Under the pieces are notes generated by a model that was given only the letters and a program-made list of their open reading frames with translations, was not told the origin of the DNA and did not search any database. A stretch of 64,000 nucleotides of DNA, from assembly GCA_963766735.1 (NCBI GenBank), contig CAVYBU010000017.1, positions 197,286 through 261,285 on the forward strand. The letters run 5' to 3'. Each line of letters opens with the position of its first letter. Position 1 is the stretch's first letter. The position numbers and the translations under genes were made by a program. Below are positions 30,850 through 40,519 of the stretch, in pieces. Source of the stretch: an uncultured Chloroflexia bacterium. Lineage in GTDB: Bacteria; Chloroflexota; Limnocylindria; Limnocylindrales; CSP1-4.

Positions 30850-31979
30850 TGCGCCTCGCGGTGCTTGTGGCCATCACCATCGCCGTCGCCGCGTGCGGTG
30901 GTGACAACGCGACGACGGCCCCGTCCGAGTCGGCAGTCGCCACGACGGTGCCAGGCGAGTCGATGGCCGCCACCCCGGGGCCGGACGCGGACCTGATCGG
31001 TGTTGCGCTGCCGACCGGCGCGTCCGACGAGTGGGCCAGACACGGCGAAAGCCTGGCGGCGTCCCTTGCGGAGGCAGGCTATGTGAGCGACGTCCGGTAC
31101 GCGGAGGACTCGGTCTCGACCCAGGTCACCCAGATCGAGGACATGATCGAGATGCGAGTCAAGGCACTGGTGATCGGAGCCGTCGACGGGGCCGCCCTTG
31201 CCGACGTCCTGCAGAGGGCTGGCGACGCCGGGATCAGGGTCCTCGCCTACGACCGCCTCATCCGGGACACATCGAACGTTGACTACTACACAGCGTTTGA
31301 CCCGTTCGAGACAGGGGTCCTGCAGGCCGAATCCATCGTGACCGCCCTCGACCTCCGCGAGGCTGTGGGTCCGTTCAACATCGAACTGTTCGGTGGTGCC
31401 CCTGGTGACCGGGACGCGGGGCCCACCCTCGAGGGTGCGATGTCCGTCCTCCAGCCCTTCATCGATGACGGCAGTCTGGTCATCCGGTCGGGTGAGACCC
31501 TGTTCCCGGAGCACATCGGCACGATCCACTGGAGTGGCGGGACCGCCCAGGCACGCATGGACAACCTCCTGTACACGTACTACCTCGACAAGCGCATCGA
31601 CGCGGTCCTGTCTCCCCGCGATGCCATGAGCCGCGGCATCATCGCCTCGCTGCAGCAGGCCGACTACTACACGGCGGCGACGCCGGGTCCCGCCGTGACG
31701 GGTCGGGACGCGGAGCTCCTCTCCGTGCAGTCGATCCTCTCCGGCGAACAGACCAGCACGGTCTTCCGGGACGCCCGCAGCCTCGCTGCGCAGGCCGCGT
31801 CGATGATCGACCAGATGCTCAAGGGCGAGACGGTCGACGTCAACGACACGTGGACGTACGACAACGGGGTCAAGGTGGTTCCGACCTACCTGCTCAACGG
31901 GGTGAGCGTGACCGCCGACAACGTTCGCGAGCTGCTGGTCGACGGCGGCTACTACACGGCCGCGGAAGTCGAGCCCTAG
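30849..31979 (+). CDS. ChvE/SbpA-like multiple-sugar-binding lipoprotein
   Basis: Lipobox VAAC; QIEDMI...KALVIGAVDG, AYDRLI..T.NVDYY, NIELFGG, AQARMDNLL, YDNGVKVVPTYLL. Confidence 0.85.
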   Translation: MRLAVLVAITIAVAACGGDNATTAPSESAVATTVPGESMAATPGPDADLIGVALPTGASDEWARHGESLAASLAEAGYVSDVRYAEDSVSTQVTQIEDMIEMRVKALVIGAVDGAALADVLQRAGDAGIRVLAYDRLIRDTSNVDYYTAFDPFETGVLQAESIVTALDLREAVGPFNIELFGGAPGDRDAGPTLEGAMSVLQPFIDDGSLVIRSGETLFPEHIGTIHWSGGTAQARMDNLLYTYYLDKRIDAVLSPRDAMSRGIIASLQQADYYTAATPGPAVTGRDAELLSVQSILSGEQTSTVFRDARSLAAQAASMIDQMLKGETVDVNDTWTYDNGVKVVPTYLLNGVSVTADNVRELLVDGGYYTAAEVEP

Positions 31980-31980
31980 G

Positions 31981-32775
31981 GTGGCGTCGAGCGAGCCCCT
32001 GGTGCTCGAGGCCCCGGGCGTGCGGGCCGTCGTGCTGCCGTCCGACGGCGGCCGCCTGGGCTCGCTCGTCATCGACGGGCGCGAGCTGCTCGTGGCGCGG
32101 CGACCGGAGGGGCCGATCTCCTGGGGCAGCTACCCGATGGCGCCGTGGGCCGGCCGGATCCGCCACGGCGAGTTCGCCTTCGCCGGACGCGAGTACCGCC
32201 TGCCGCTGGGGATGCCGCCGCACGCGATCCACGGTGTGGTCTTCGACCGGCCGTGGAAGGTGGTGACGCCCGGGACCATTGCGATCGAGCTGGACGAACG
32301 ATGGCCGTTCCGCGGGCGAGTGAGCCAGAGGTTCACCCTGGACGCGGATGGCCTCGAGATCGAGATGACCCTCGACGCCGACGAGCCGATGCCCGCGGTG
32401 ATCGGCTGGCACCCCTGGTTCCGGCGTGTGCTGGCCGAGGGCGAGGCGCCCCTGGCCCTGCGCTTCCGCGCCGACGAGATGCTCGTCCGGGACGCCGAGG
32501 GGATCCCCACGGGGGAGCGCGTGGCGCCTCCGCCCGGGCCCTGGGACGACGCCTTCACGGGCATCCGGGAGCAGCCGGTGCTCGAGTGGCCGGGCCAACT
32601 GCGGCTCGAGATCTCGTCCACGTGTCCATGGCTGGTCGTGTATACGATGCCCGAGCACGCGGCCTGCGTGGAGCCCCAGAGCGGGCCGCCGGACGGGCCG
32701 AACCAGGCACCGGAGGTCGTGGAGCCGGGCGCCCCGCTGACGCACGCGATGCGCTGGCGCTGGACGCGTGGGTAG
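31981..32775 (+). CDS. Aldose 1-epimerase family protein
   Basis: PMAPWAGRI, HAIHG, GWHPWF, WDDAF, CVEPQ. Confidence 0.85.
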   Translation: MASSEPLVLEAPGVRAVVLPSDGGRLGSLVIDGRELLVARRPEGPISWGSYPMAPWAGRIRHGEFAFAGREYRLPLGMPPHAIHGVVFDRPWKVVTPGTIAIELDERWPFRGRVSQRFTLDADGLEIEMTLDADEPMPAVIGWHPWFRRVLAEGEAPLALRFRADEMLVRDAEGIPTGERVAPPPGPWDDAFTGIREQPVLEWPGQLRLEISSTCPWLVVYTMPEHAACVEPQSGPPDGPNQAPEVVEPGAPLTHAMRWRWTRG

Positions 32776-32808
32776 GGGAGCGGACCGTGGCGGTGGGCGC
32801 GGGGCGCA

Positions 32809-33294
32809 CTACCGGCCGGGGAGCACCTCCGGGGGAACCAGGTAGCGCAGCGTGCCGCGCCCGGCGATGGGGCTCGACCCCTCGAAGTCCACCCGGGCCA
32901 GGGCGCCCTTGCGCATCGGGATCGCGCCGGTGCCCACGAGCTCGCCCAGCAGCTCCGAGAAGTCCGGGTCGTGGCCGACGATGCACGGCCGCTCGGCGGG
33001 TCCCGCGGCGAGGAGGATCTCCGCCAGCAGGTCCGGATCCAGCGGGCCCCGGAGCCTGCGGTCCACAACCATCTCGACCTTCAGCGCCTCGGCCACGATC
33101 TCCGCCGTCTCCCGGGCGCGGAGCAGGGGGGAGGTGATGAGCAGGTCGGGGGCTTCGACCATCCTGTCCAGGAGCTTCGCAACCTGTTCGGCCTGGCGCC
33201 GCCCCTTCTCGGACAGCGGGCGGACGTCGTCGTCACCGTGCCAGCGGGCCGGGTCGCCCGCGTGCGCGTGGCGGAGCAGGTGCAGCGCGGTCAC
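32809..33294 (-). CDS. sixA: SixA-like phosphohistidine phosphatase
   Basis: LLRHAHA, RPLSEKG, TSPLLRARETA, VGHDP. Confidence 0.85.
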   Translation of the reverse strand: MTALHLLRHAHAGDPARWHGDDDVRPLSEKGRRQAEQVAKLLDRMVEAPDLLITSPLLRARETAEIVAEALKVEMVVDRRLRGPLDPDLLAEILLAAGPAERPCIVGHDPDFSELLGELVGTGAIPMRKGALARVDFEGSSPIAGRGTLRYLVPPEVLPGR

Positions 33295-33334
33295 TGCGCC
33301 GCGACCCGGTCGAACGACGCCGCTGCCGTCATCG

Positions 33335-34111
33335 TCATGGGTTGAGGTCCACCACCTCGCCCGAGGCGAGGAACACGATGTCTTCGGCAATGTTCGTCAC
33401 GCGGTCTCCGATCCGCTCCAGGTAGTGCGCCGCGAACAGGATACGCGTGCCAGGATCCACGTTCGCCGGGTCGTCCCGCATGAGGATCAGCACCTCGTCG
33501 AAGATCTCGTGGTAGAGCGTGTCGACCTCGTCGTCCAGGGCCGCGACCCGGCGGGCGCCGGTCTCGTCCAGCTCGACGATTGCCCGGATGATCCCGCGGA
33601 CCTGGTTTGCGACGCGCTCGCCGAGGATCGGCAGGCGGGCATAGTCCTTGAGCGGCGGGTGCGGTGCCAGCTTGCGGGCCTGCTTGGCCACGGACCCGGC
33701 ATGATCGCCCATCCTCTCCAGCTCGTTGGAGACCTTGTCCAGCGTCAGCAGATACCGGAGATCGCGGGCGACGGGGCTCTGGGTCGCGATGGTCGCCGCG
33801 ATCATCGTGGTTGCCGAGCGCTGGAGCTCGTTGATCAGCTGGTCGTCCTTGATGACCTGCAGGGCAGCTTCGGCGTCATGGGCGATGAGCGCCGCGATCG
33901 CGGCGCGGATCTGATCCTCGACGAGCGAGCCCATCCGGAGGACTGCGTCCTTGATCTCGGCCATCTCCTGGTCGTACGCGGACCGCAAGCCGTGCGACGG
34001 CGAGGGAGATGGCGCCGGAACCGCGATCGGATGGGCCGGAGACAGGTCGTCGAAGCTGCCGCCGAACGCGTCGGTCACGTGCGGGCCGGGGGGGGTGCGA
34101 TGGTCGTCCAT
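33335..34111 (-). CDS. phoU: Phosphate signalling protein PhoU
   Basis: QSPVARDLR, ELERMGDHA, YLERIGDRVTNIAE. Confidence 0.93.
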   Translation of the reverse strand: MDDHRTPPGPHVTDAFGGSFDDLSPAHPIAVPAPSPSPSHGLRSAYDQEMAEIKDAVLRMGSLVEDQIRAAIAALIAHDAEAALQVIKDDQLINELQRSATTMIAATIATQSPVARDLRYLLTLDKVSNELERMGDHAGSVAKQARKLAPHPPLKDYARLPILGERVANQVRGIIRAIVELDETGARRVAALDDEVDTLYHEIFDEVLILMRDDPANVDPGTRILFAAHYLERIGDRVTNIAEDIVFLASGEVVDLNP

Positions 34112-34127
34112 GTGGGTCCTCCGCCGC

Positions 34128-35012
34128 TCAGCCGAACCGGCCTGAGACATAATCCTCGGTCAGCTGGTTCCGTGGATTGGTGAAGATGTCGAGGGTCTGG
34201 CCCTCCTCCACCAGGTAGCCCGCACGGTCGTCCGCCATGTTCATGAAGATCGTGTAGTCGGACGCGCGCGCCGCCTGCTGCATGTTGTGGGTCACGATGA
34301 CGATCGTGTACTCCTCCTTCAGCTCGAACATGAGCTCCTCGATCTGGAGGGTCGAGCGGGGGTCCAGGGCGGAGCAGGGCTCGTCCATCAGGATGACATC
34401 CGGGCTGGTGGCGATGGCCCGGGCGATGCACAGCCGCTGCTGCTGGCCACCTGACAGCGCGAGGCCGGACTGCTTGAGCTTGTCCTTGACGTCGTCCCAG
34501 AGGGCGGCCCTCCGGAGGCTGGACTCGACGAGCTCGCCCATGTCGCCCTTGTACCCGTTGATCCTGGGGCCGAAGGCGACGTTGTCGTAGATCGACTTGG
34601 GAAAGGGGTTGGCCTTCTGGAACACCATGCCGATCCGCCGGCGGACCTCCACGGCGTCCACGTCCTTCCCGTACAGGTCCACGTCGTGGTACAGGACCTT
34701 GCCCTCGACCCGGGTCCCGGTGATGAGGTCGTTCATGCGGTTGATCGTGCGCAGGAGGGTGGACTTCCCGCACCCGGATGGACCGATGAGGGCGGTGATC
34801 CTGTTCTTCTCGAAGGTGATGGATACGTCCTTGACCGCCCGGAATGCCGAGTAGTAGAAGTCGAGGTTCTCGATGCGGATGACCGATTCGCCCCGTGCCT
34901 GTTCCACCGAATGGCCGCCTTCGACGCGGCCGGCCACGTTGGCCCGGTGGGCGCGACCGGGCTGGCCGGCGACGGGCTCCGTGTCGGGAGCGGGAACGGT
35001 GGTCTCAGCCAT
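34128..35012 (-). CDS. pstB: Phosphate ABC transporter ATPase
   Basis: [51 protein letters not shown]. Confidence 0.95.
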   Translation of the reverse strand: MAETTVPAPDTEPVAGQPGRAHRANVAGRVEGGHSVEQARGESVIRIENLDFYYSAFRAVKDVSITFEKNRITALIGPSGCGKSTLLRTINRMNDLITGTRVEGKVLYHDVDLYGKDVDAVEVRRRIGMVFQKANPFPKSIYDNVAFGPRINGYKGDMGELVESSLRRAALWDDVKDKLKQSGLALSGGQQQRLCIARAIATSPDVILMDEPCSALDPRSTLQIEELMFELKEEYTIVIVTHNMQQAARASDYTIFMNMADDRAGYLVEEGQTLDIFTNPRNQLTEDYVSGRFG

Positions 35013-35035
35013 GTGGTCTCCGTTGGTATCGGGCA

Positions 35036-35978
35036 TCACCATGCCCGCTCGTAGCGCGCGCGGAGGACGATCGCGATCACGTTCGCCGCGAGCGTGATCA
35101 GGAGCAGCACGACGATGGCCGCCGCCGCGTCCGCCCGGAAGGCGTCCTGCGGCTTGCGAGACCAGTCGTACACGATGACCGGCAGGGCGGTGTAGCTGCC
35201 GGTGAACAGGGTCGAGATGGAGAGCCCCGAGAAGGACCCCAGGACGGCGCCGGCGAGGATCAGGGGAGCCGTCTCGCCGAGCGCCCGGGAGAGCGCCAGC
35301 ACCGTCCCGGTCAGGACACCCGGCGCCGCCGACGGGAGCACGAGCTGCCGCGTCACCTCCCAGCGAGATGCACCCACCCCATAGCCCGCCTCCCGGATCG
35401 CGTTGGGCACGGCCCGCAGGGCCTCGATCGAGGTGATGATCACGATCGGCAGGACGAGGACGGCGAGGGTGATCCCGCCCGCCAGGATGTTGCGCCCGGA
35501 TCCGTCGCCGTCCACGGTGTTCATGAACGCCACGAAGACCGACAGGCCCAGCAGGCCGTAGACCACCGAGGGCACGCCGGCGAGGTTGCGGATGTTGATC
35601 TGGATGAAGCGGGTCAGCCGCGTGTCGGCGGCGTACTCCTCGAGGTAGATTGCCGTTGCCAGTCCGAACGGGAAGGCCAGGACCGCGACGATCGCCGGCC
35701 AGGATGGCCGTCCCAACGAGGCCCTGGACGATCCCGGCCTTGGCCGGGTTGGACGACAGGGGCGACGTCAGGAACCCGGCGCCGCGATCCGCGAAGACGG
35801 GGAGCGCCCGGCTCACGACGTCGGCGATGAGGACGAACAGGATCGCCAGCGAGAAGAGGAGGCTGCCAAGGAGCAGCACCTGGAACACGATGCCCCAGAC
35901 GTCCTTGCGCCCTGCACCCGTGAGCCCGGCCCGGACGCTGGCGCTCGTGACCGAGGTGGCGGAGCGGATGGTGGTCAT
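35036..35978 (-). CDS. pstA: Phosphate ABC transporter permease PstA (frameshift near 35696)
   Basis: N-terminal TMs in one frame; [31 protein letters not shown] in the other. Confidence 0.88.
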
Positions 35979-35988
35979 CCTGGCGCTC

Positions 35989-36918
35989 CTAGTACCGCTG
36001 CCGCGCGCGGCGGACGAAGGAGTCGCCGACGACATTCAGCACGAGCGTGACCAGGAACAGCAGGAACCCCACGAAGAACAGGCTCTGGAACGCGGCGGTG
36101 TTGCCGGTCACCTGGTCGCTGCCGGTGGCAAGGGTGACCATCGCGGAGGTCATGGTGCCGCCCGGATCCAGCGGGTTGATCGTCCGCGCCTGGGGAGCGC
36201 CGGCGGCCACGGCCACGACCATTGTCTCGCCGATCGCGCGGCTGGTCGCAAGCATCAAGGCGGCGACGATCCCCGACGTCGCGGCCGGGAACACGACCCG
36301 CAGCGACGTGGTGATCCTCCTCGCGCCGAGGCCGTACGAGGCCTCGCGCAGGCTCTGGGGCACAGCGCGCATCGCATCCTCGGCCACGGACGCGACGAGG
36401 GGGATCGACAGGATCCCGACGCCCAGCCCGGCGGCCGCGAGGTTGAACGAGTTGGCCTCGGAGAACAGGGGCTTGATGAGAGCCGGCGTCAGCAGCGTGA
36501 GGGCGAAGAACCCCAGCACGACGCTCGGGATGCCCGCCAGGACCTCGAGGACGGGCTTGACGGCTTTGCGGAACCGGGGCGTGGCGTACTCGGACAGGTA
36601 GATCGCGGAGAACAGGCCGACCGGCGTCGCGATCAGCATCGCGATCACCGTGACGATGAGCGTTCCCAGCACGATGGTGGCGACGTCGAAGATGCCGCGG
36701 CGCGGGAACCAGCCGATCCCCACGAGCTGGCCCAGGTCGATCTGGGACAGGAAGTCGATCGCCTGGACCAGCACGGTCGCGATGATGAACAGGCTGATCA
36801 GGATCGTGACCAGCGATGCGGCGAGGAAGAGGCCGCGCACGACGGTCTCGCGATTTCGCCGACTGGCACTGCCACGCAGCGACATCCCGTCCGGAAGAGC
36901 TGGAGTTGCCTGCGCCAT
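35989..36918 (-). CDS. pstC: Phosphate ABC transporter permease PstC
   Basis: [28 protein letters not shown]. Confidence 0.93.
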   Translation of the reverse strand: MAQATPALPDGMSLRGSASRRNRETVVRGLFLAASLVTILISLFIIATVLVQAIDFLSQIDLGQLVGIGWFPRRGIFDVATIVLGTLIVTVIAMLIATPVGLFSAIYLSEYATPRFRKAVKPVLEVLAGIPSVVLGFFALTLLTPALIKPLFSEANSFNLAAAGLGVGILSIPLVASVAEDAMRAVPQSLREASYGLGARRITTSLRVVFPAATSGIVAALMLATSRAIGETMVVAVAAGAPQARTINPLDPGGTMTSAMVTLATGSDQVTGNTAAFQSLFFVGFLLFLVTLVLNVVGDSFVRRARQRY

Positions 36919-36967
36919 CGGCGATCTGAGCTCCTGTGTGATCGTCCCCGTGGAGTCAGAGGATAGG

Positions 36968-37003
36968 GAACGGGCCGGGCCTGCGAGCGGGCCCGACCCG
37001 TTC
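36968..37003 (-). terminator. GC-rich stem-loop between pstS and pstC (mRNA stabiliser / partial terminator)
   Basis: GAACGGG..GGGCC...GGCCC..CCCGTTC inverted repeat right after the pstS stop. Confidence 0.55.
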
Positions 37004-37020
37004 GCGAGGAGGAGGGAGCG

Positions 37021-38045
37021 CTACTTGGCGGCAGCCCAGGCGGCCTGCGTCTCCGCAAGCGCGTCCGGCGCCAGGTTCACGTACGGGACGGTCTCGAGGA
37101 CCGAGGAGATGGTGCCGTCGGCCAGGTAGTAGTCGACGAAGGACACCACCCCGGGGTTCGCGGCGGCCCTGGCCTTGTTCACGTAGATGTAGAGGCTTGC
37201 GGGACAGCGGGTAGGAACCGTCGGCGATGGTCTCGGCCGTCGGGGCGATGCAGGTCCCGTTGACGTCCTTGGAGATCGGGATCTCGTTGACCTTGTCCCT
37301 GTTCTCCTCGGCGAAGGCGAAGCCGACCCAGCCGAGCGAGGTGTCGCTGCCGGCGATGCCGTCGATGATCGCGTTGTCGTTGGAGGACGCGGTGTAGTCG
37401 GGCCGCGTGTTGGCCTCCTGGCCGCGCGACTCGGCGATCTTCGCCATGGCGAGCTCGACGAAGCTGTCGAAGGTGCCGGACTCCTCGCCCGGGTCCGGTG
37501 ATGGACAGGTCGGCATCCGGGAAGGTGGTGCTGGAGCCGAGCTCCTTGGCGATCGCGGCGGCATCGCTCCACTTGGCGAAGCCGGTGGACTCCGGGCCGA
37601 CCAGGGCGTACAGGTCGGCGAAGCTGAGGCACGAGACGGCAGTGTTGTTGACGGAGGTGAGGACGGACATGCCGTCGATCGCGACCTTCAGCTCGATGTA
37701 CTCGATGCCGGCCTCGACGCAGGCGGCGGCCTCCTCGTCCTTGATCGTGCGGGAGGCGTCGGAGATGTCGGTTTCGCCGGCGCAGAACTTCTTGAAGCCG
37801 TCGCCCGTGCCGGGTCCCTCGACGGTGTAGGTGAAGTCCGGGTTGCTCTCGGCGAACGCCTCGGCCACGCCGGTGGTGATGGGCTCGACCGTGGACGAGC
37901 CGGAGACGTTGATCCCACCTTGCACACCCCCGGCGGCCCCGCCCCCGGCCGGGGCGGTCGTCGCGGAGCTGCCGCCGCAGGCGGCAACGAACAAGGCCGC
38001 GGCGAGCGCGAGGGTTCCCACGCGCTTGGGGGTGCTGAGCGTCAC
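37021..38045 (-). CDS. pstS: Phosphate-binding lipoprotein PstS (two frameshifts, near 37489 and 37198)
   Basis: Lipobox VAAC, GSSTVEP, GTGDGFKKFC, DASR; then EESGTFDSF...YPLSR; then LYIYVN, spread over three frames. Confidence 0.88.
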
Positions 38046-38128
38046 TGAGGTCTCCTTCGTTGACGACGGGCGTTGTCGCCGTGAACGTCGTCCTTCTTCT
38101 CTTGCGGTTCCCACGTTCCGGGCGGGCT

Positions 38129-38166
38129 GTCAACGGGTCGTGATCGCGACGTTAAGGGCCGGTTAA
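38129..38166 (-). promoter_or_regulatory. Pho box: four 11-nt-period direct repeats upstream of pstS
   Basis: Minus strand TTAAC-cggccc-TTAAC-gtcgcg-ATCAC-gacccg-TTGAC; an 11-bp period is characteristic of PhoB/PhoP sites. Confidence 0.72.
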
Positions 38167-38299
38167 CGGTGGCGCGGACCGGCCCATCGCCGTCCCGGGC
38201 CGCCGGGATGAGTCCAGCGCGGCGGCGAGAACCCACACGCATTGCCCGAGTGCGGCAGACTGGCAAGCAGCGGGTTCTGCAAGGGCCCGACCGGCGGGA

Positions 38300-40462
38300 A
38301 TGATGAGCGAGGAGCGGACCATGGGCAGCGCCCGAGGCGACGGGATGAACGTCGGAGGAGGCCTGGGGTCCGACAGCAGCGGTGGACCCGGCACCGAACC
38401 CGGAGCGCAGAAGGCCGCCCGCAGGTCCGAGCGGCGCGCAGCGAAGGCGACGAGGCAGGCGGCGGTCGCAGCCCGCAAGGCCTCGAAGGCAGCGGCCAAG
38501 GCCTCGAGGGCAGCGGCCAAGGCCGATCGCAAGGCCGCGAAGCCCTCGAAGAAGGAACGGAAGGCGCTCGAGCGCGCGATAACTGACGCCGCCAAGGGCC
38601 AGCGGAGGGCTGAGAAGGCGGCGCGCAAGGCGTCGAAGGCCTCCCGCAAGGCGGAAATGGAGGCCCCCGCTTTGGCTCGCTCGGTCTTGCCCCGGATGGA
38701 CGTGCCGACGGGCGCACACACCCCGTCGGCGTCGCCCGGGCCAGGAGGACGGGCGAAGCGCGGCAAGGCCGGGGCGAAGAGTCGCTCAGGACAGGCGCGC
38801 GAGACCCCGAGCCCGGCCGGTGCTGCCGTGATTGCGGCGGCGGGCGCGCTGATGGAGGCGGCAGGCCTCGTTCGCAAGGCGTCCCAGCCGGCTGGATCGC
38901 GCATCGCGCGACGGGTCACGAGCCGGCCCCGCCCAGAGGCGGAGCGCGCAGAGGCCGAGCCTGCCCTAGAGGCGGTCGAGCCGGAGCAGGACATCGTCGA
39001 GCCCGCCCCCGAGCCTGAGCCCGAGCCTGTAACTGCCCCCGAGCCCGAGCCCGAGCCCGCCCCCGAGCCGGAACGCGAGCCGGAACCCGAACCCGAGCCC
39101 GAGCCGGAACGCGAGCCGGAACCCGAGCCCGAGCCTGAGCTGGAGCCCGAGCCAGAAGCTGCGCCTGAACCGGCGCCGGAACCCGAGCCGGCGGCCGTGC
39201 CGGAACCCGAACCCGAACCCGAGCTGGCGCCTGAACTGGCGCCTGAACTGGCTGCCGCGTCCGAGCTGGAGCCCGCGCTGGAGCCGGCTCCGGAACCTGA
39301 GCTGGCGCCCGAACCCGAGCCTCGGCTGGCGCCTGAACTGGCTGCCGCGTCCGAGCTGGAGCCCGCGCCGGAGTCCGAACCGGAGCCCGAAGCCGCGCCG
39401 GAACCCGAGCCCGAAGCCGCGCCGGAACCCGAACCGGAACCCGAACCGGAGCCCGAACCCGAAGCCGCACCGGAACCCGAGCCGGAGCCCGAGCCCGCTG
39501 CCCCAGTCTCCGCCGTGCATCCGGGGACCCCCATCGGCGCCGCCATCGACATCGGTTCGACGAGCGTGCACCTCCTGGTCGCAGCAGCCGGTGATCACCG
39601 CCTGGATCCGCTGCTGGACGAGTCCGTCTTCCTCGGTCTCGGGGACCGTGTCTCGAGAGACGGCTACCTGGGGACGGAGGCCCGGGGCGAGCTGGTCGAT
39701 GCCCTGGCCGCGTACGTGGAAACGGCTCGCGGGCTCGGTGCCGACAACATCACGCTCATCGGAACGGAGCCCCTTCGTCGCGCAGACGACTGCCCTGCCC
39801 TCGTACAGGCCGTGGAGGAACGCACGGGGGTCTCGCTACATGTCCTGGACCACGACGAGGAGGGAATGCTCACCCTGATCGGCGTGACGAAAGGACGGGC
39901 TCTCCACGCTGAGATCCTCGTCCTTGACATCGGCGGCGGGAGCACGGAGTTCGTCATCGTCGGCGAGTCGGGGCCGATCCGGGTCGCCGGGCTGCAGCTG
40001 GGCGCCGCGCGCCTGACCCGCGAGCTCGTTCTGTCGGATCCGCCCTCGCTGGCCGAGACCGAGGCCATGCGTGAGGCCGCCAGGGTGCTCGTGGCCGATG
40101 CGCCCCAGGCCTCACCCTCGGAGGTGGTCGCCGTCGGCGGGACGGCCTCGAACCTGCTGCGGCTGCTGCCCGCGGCCACCCTGGACGGGATCCTCACCCG
40201 GCGCAGGATCACCGTGGCCCTCGCGATGCTCACGGTGGAAAGGAGCACGGAGGCGGCAGAGCGTCACCTCATGAGGCCCGAGCGGGCCCGGATCCTGCCG
40301 GCGGGTGCGGTCATCGTGGACGCCGTCCTCGCGCACTACGGCGCCGATCGCCTGCGCGTGTCGGAGGAGGGAATGCGCGAGGGCGTCGTGCTGGCAGTTG
40401 CGAGGGCAGGCGCCGCCTGGCGCGACCAGCTGGGCGTGCTCGTCCACGGGTGGGACGCCTAG
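38300..40462 (+). CDS. ppx: Exopolyphosphatase Ppx/GppA family protein with ~410-aa low-complexity N-terminal extension
   Basis: Catalytic domain from about 39538: [42 protein letters not shown]. Alternative start at 38321 with GAGGAG RBS. Confidence 0.85.
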   Translation: MMSEERTMGSARGDGMNVGGGLGSDSSGGPGTEPGAQKAARRSERRAAKATRQAAVAARKASKAAAKASRAAAKADRKAAKPSKKERKALERAITDAAKGQRRAEKAARKASKASRKAEMEAPALARSVLPRMDVPTGAHTPSASPGPGGRAKRGKAGAKSRSGQARETPSPAGAAVIAAAGALMEAAGLVRKASQPAGSRIARRVTSRPRPEAERAEAEPALEAVEPEQDIVEPAPEPEPEPVTAPEPEPEPAPEPEREPEPEPEPEPEREPEPEPEPELEPEPEAAPEPAPEPEPAAVPEPEPEPELAPELAPELAAASELEPALEPAPEPELAPEPEPRLAPELAAASELEPAPESEPEPEAAPEPEPEAAPEPEPEPEPEPEPEAAPEPEPEPEPAAPVSAVHPGTPIGAAIDIGSTSVHLLVAAAGDHRLDPLLDESVFLGLGDRVSRDGYLGTEARGELVDALAAYVETARGLGADNITLIGTEPLRRADDCPALVQAVEERTGVSLHVLDHDEEGMLTLIGVTKGRALHAEILVLDIGGGSTEFVIVGESGPIRVAGLQLGAARLTRELVLSDPPSLAETEAMREAARVLVADAPQASPSEVVAVGGTASNLLRLLPAATLDGILTRRRITVALAMLTVERSTEAAERHLMRPERARILPAGAVIVDAVLAHYGADRLRVSEEGMREGVVLAVARAGAAWRDQLGVLVHGWDA
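38990..39500 (+). repeat. Coding Pro-Glu (PE)n microsatellite-like repeat within ppx
   Basis: Runs of CCCGAG/CCGGAA/CCTGAG hexamers; a block encoding [14 protein letters not shown] is duplicated at about 39236 and 39326. Confidence 0.9.
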
Positions 40463-40519
40463 TCCCGGTCCACCGCGCCAGGCTCGACTGTCACGGTTGG
40501 ACCCGCGAGCGGCGCGGGG

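Noticed and set aside
34128-36035. 635-aa PstA-PstB fusion ORF in the track
   Set aside because: Artefact of the pstA frameshift at ~35696; the intervening translation is nonsense and pstB has its own RBS.
38990-39500. Possible CRISPR-like array
   Set aside because: Hexamer coding repeats with no unique spacers and no cas genes.
38152-39598. Antisense ORFs encoding (GS)n, (RV)n or (GF/RL)n repeats
   Set aside because: Shadow frames of the Pro-Glu repeat in ppx; no RBS or domain, and the plus-strand frame continues into a recognisable enzyme.
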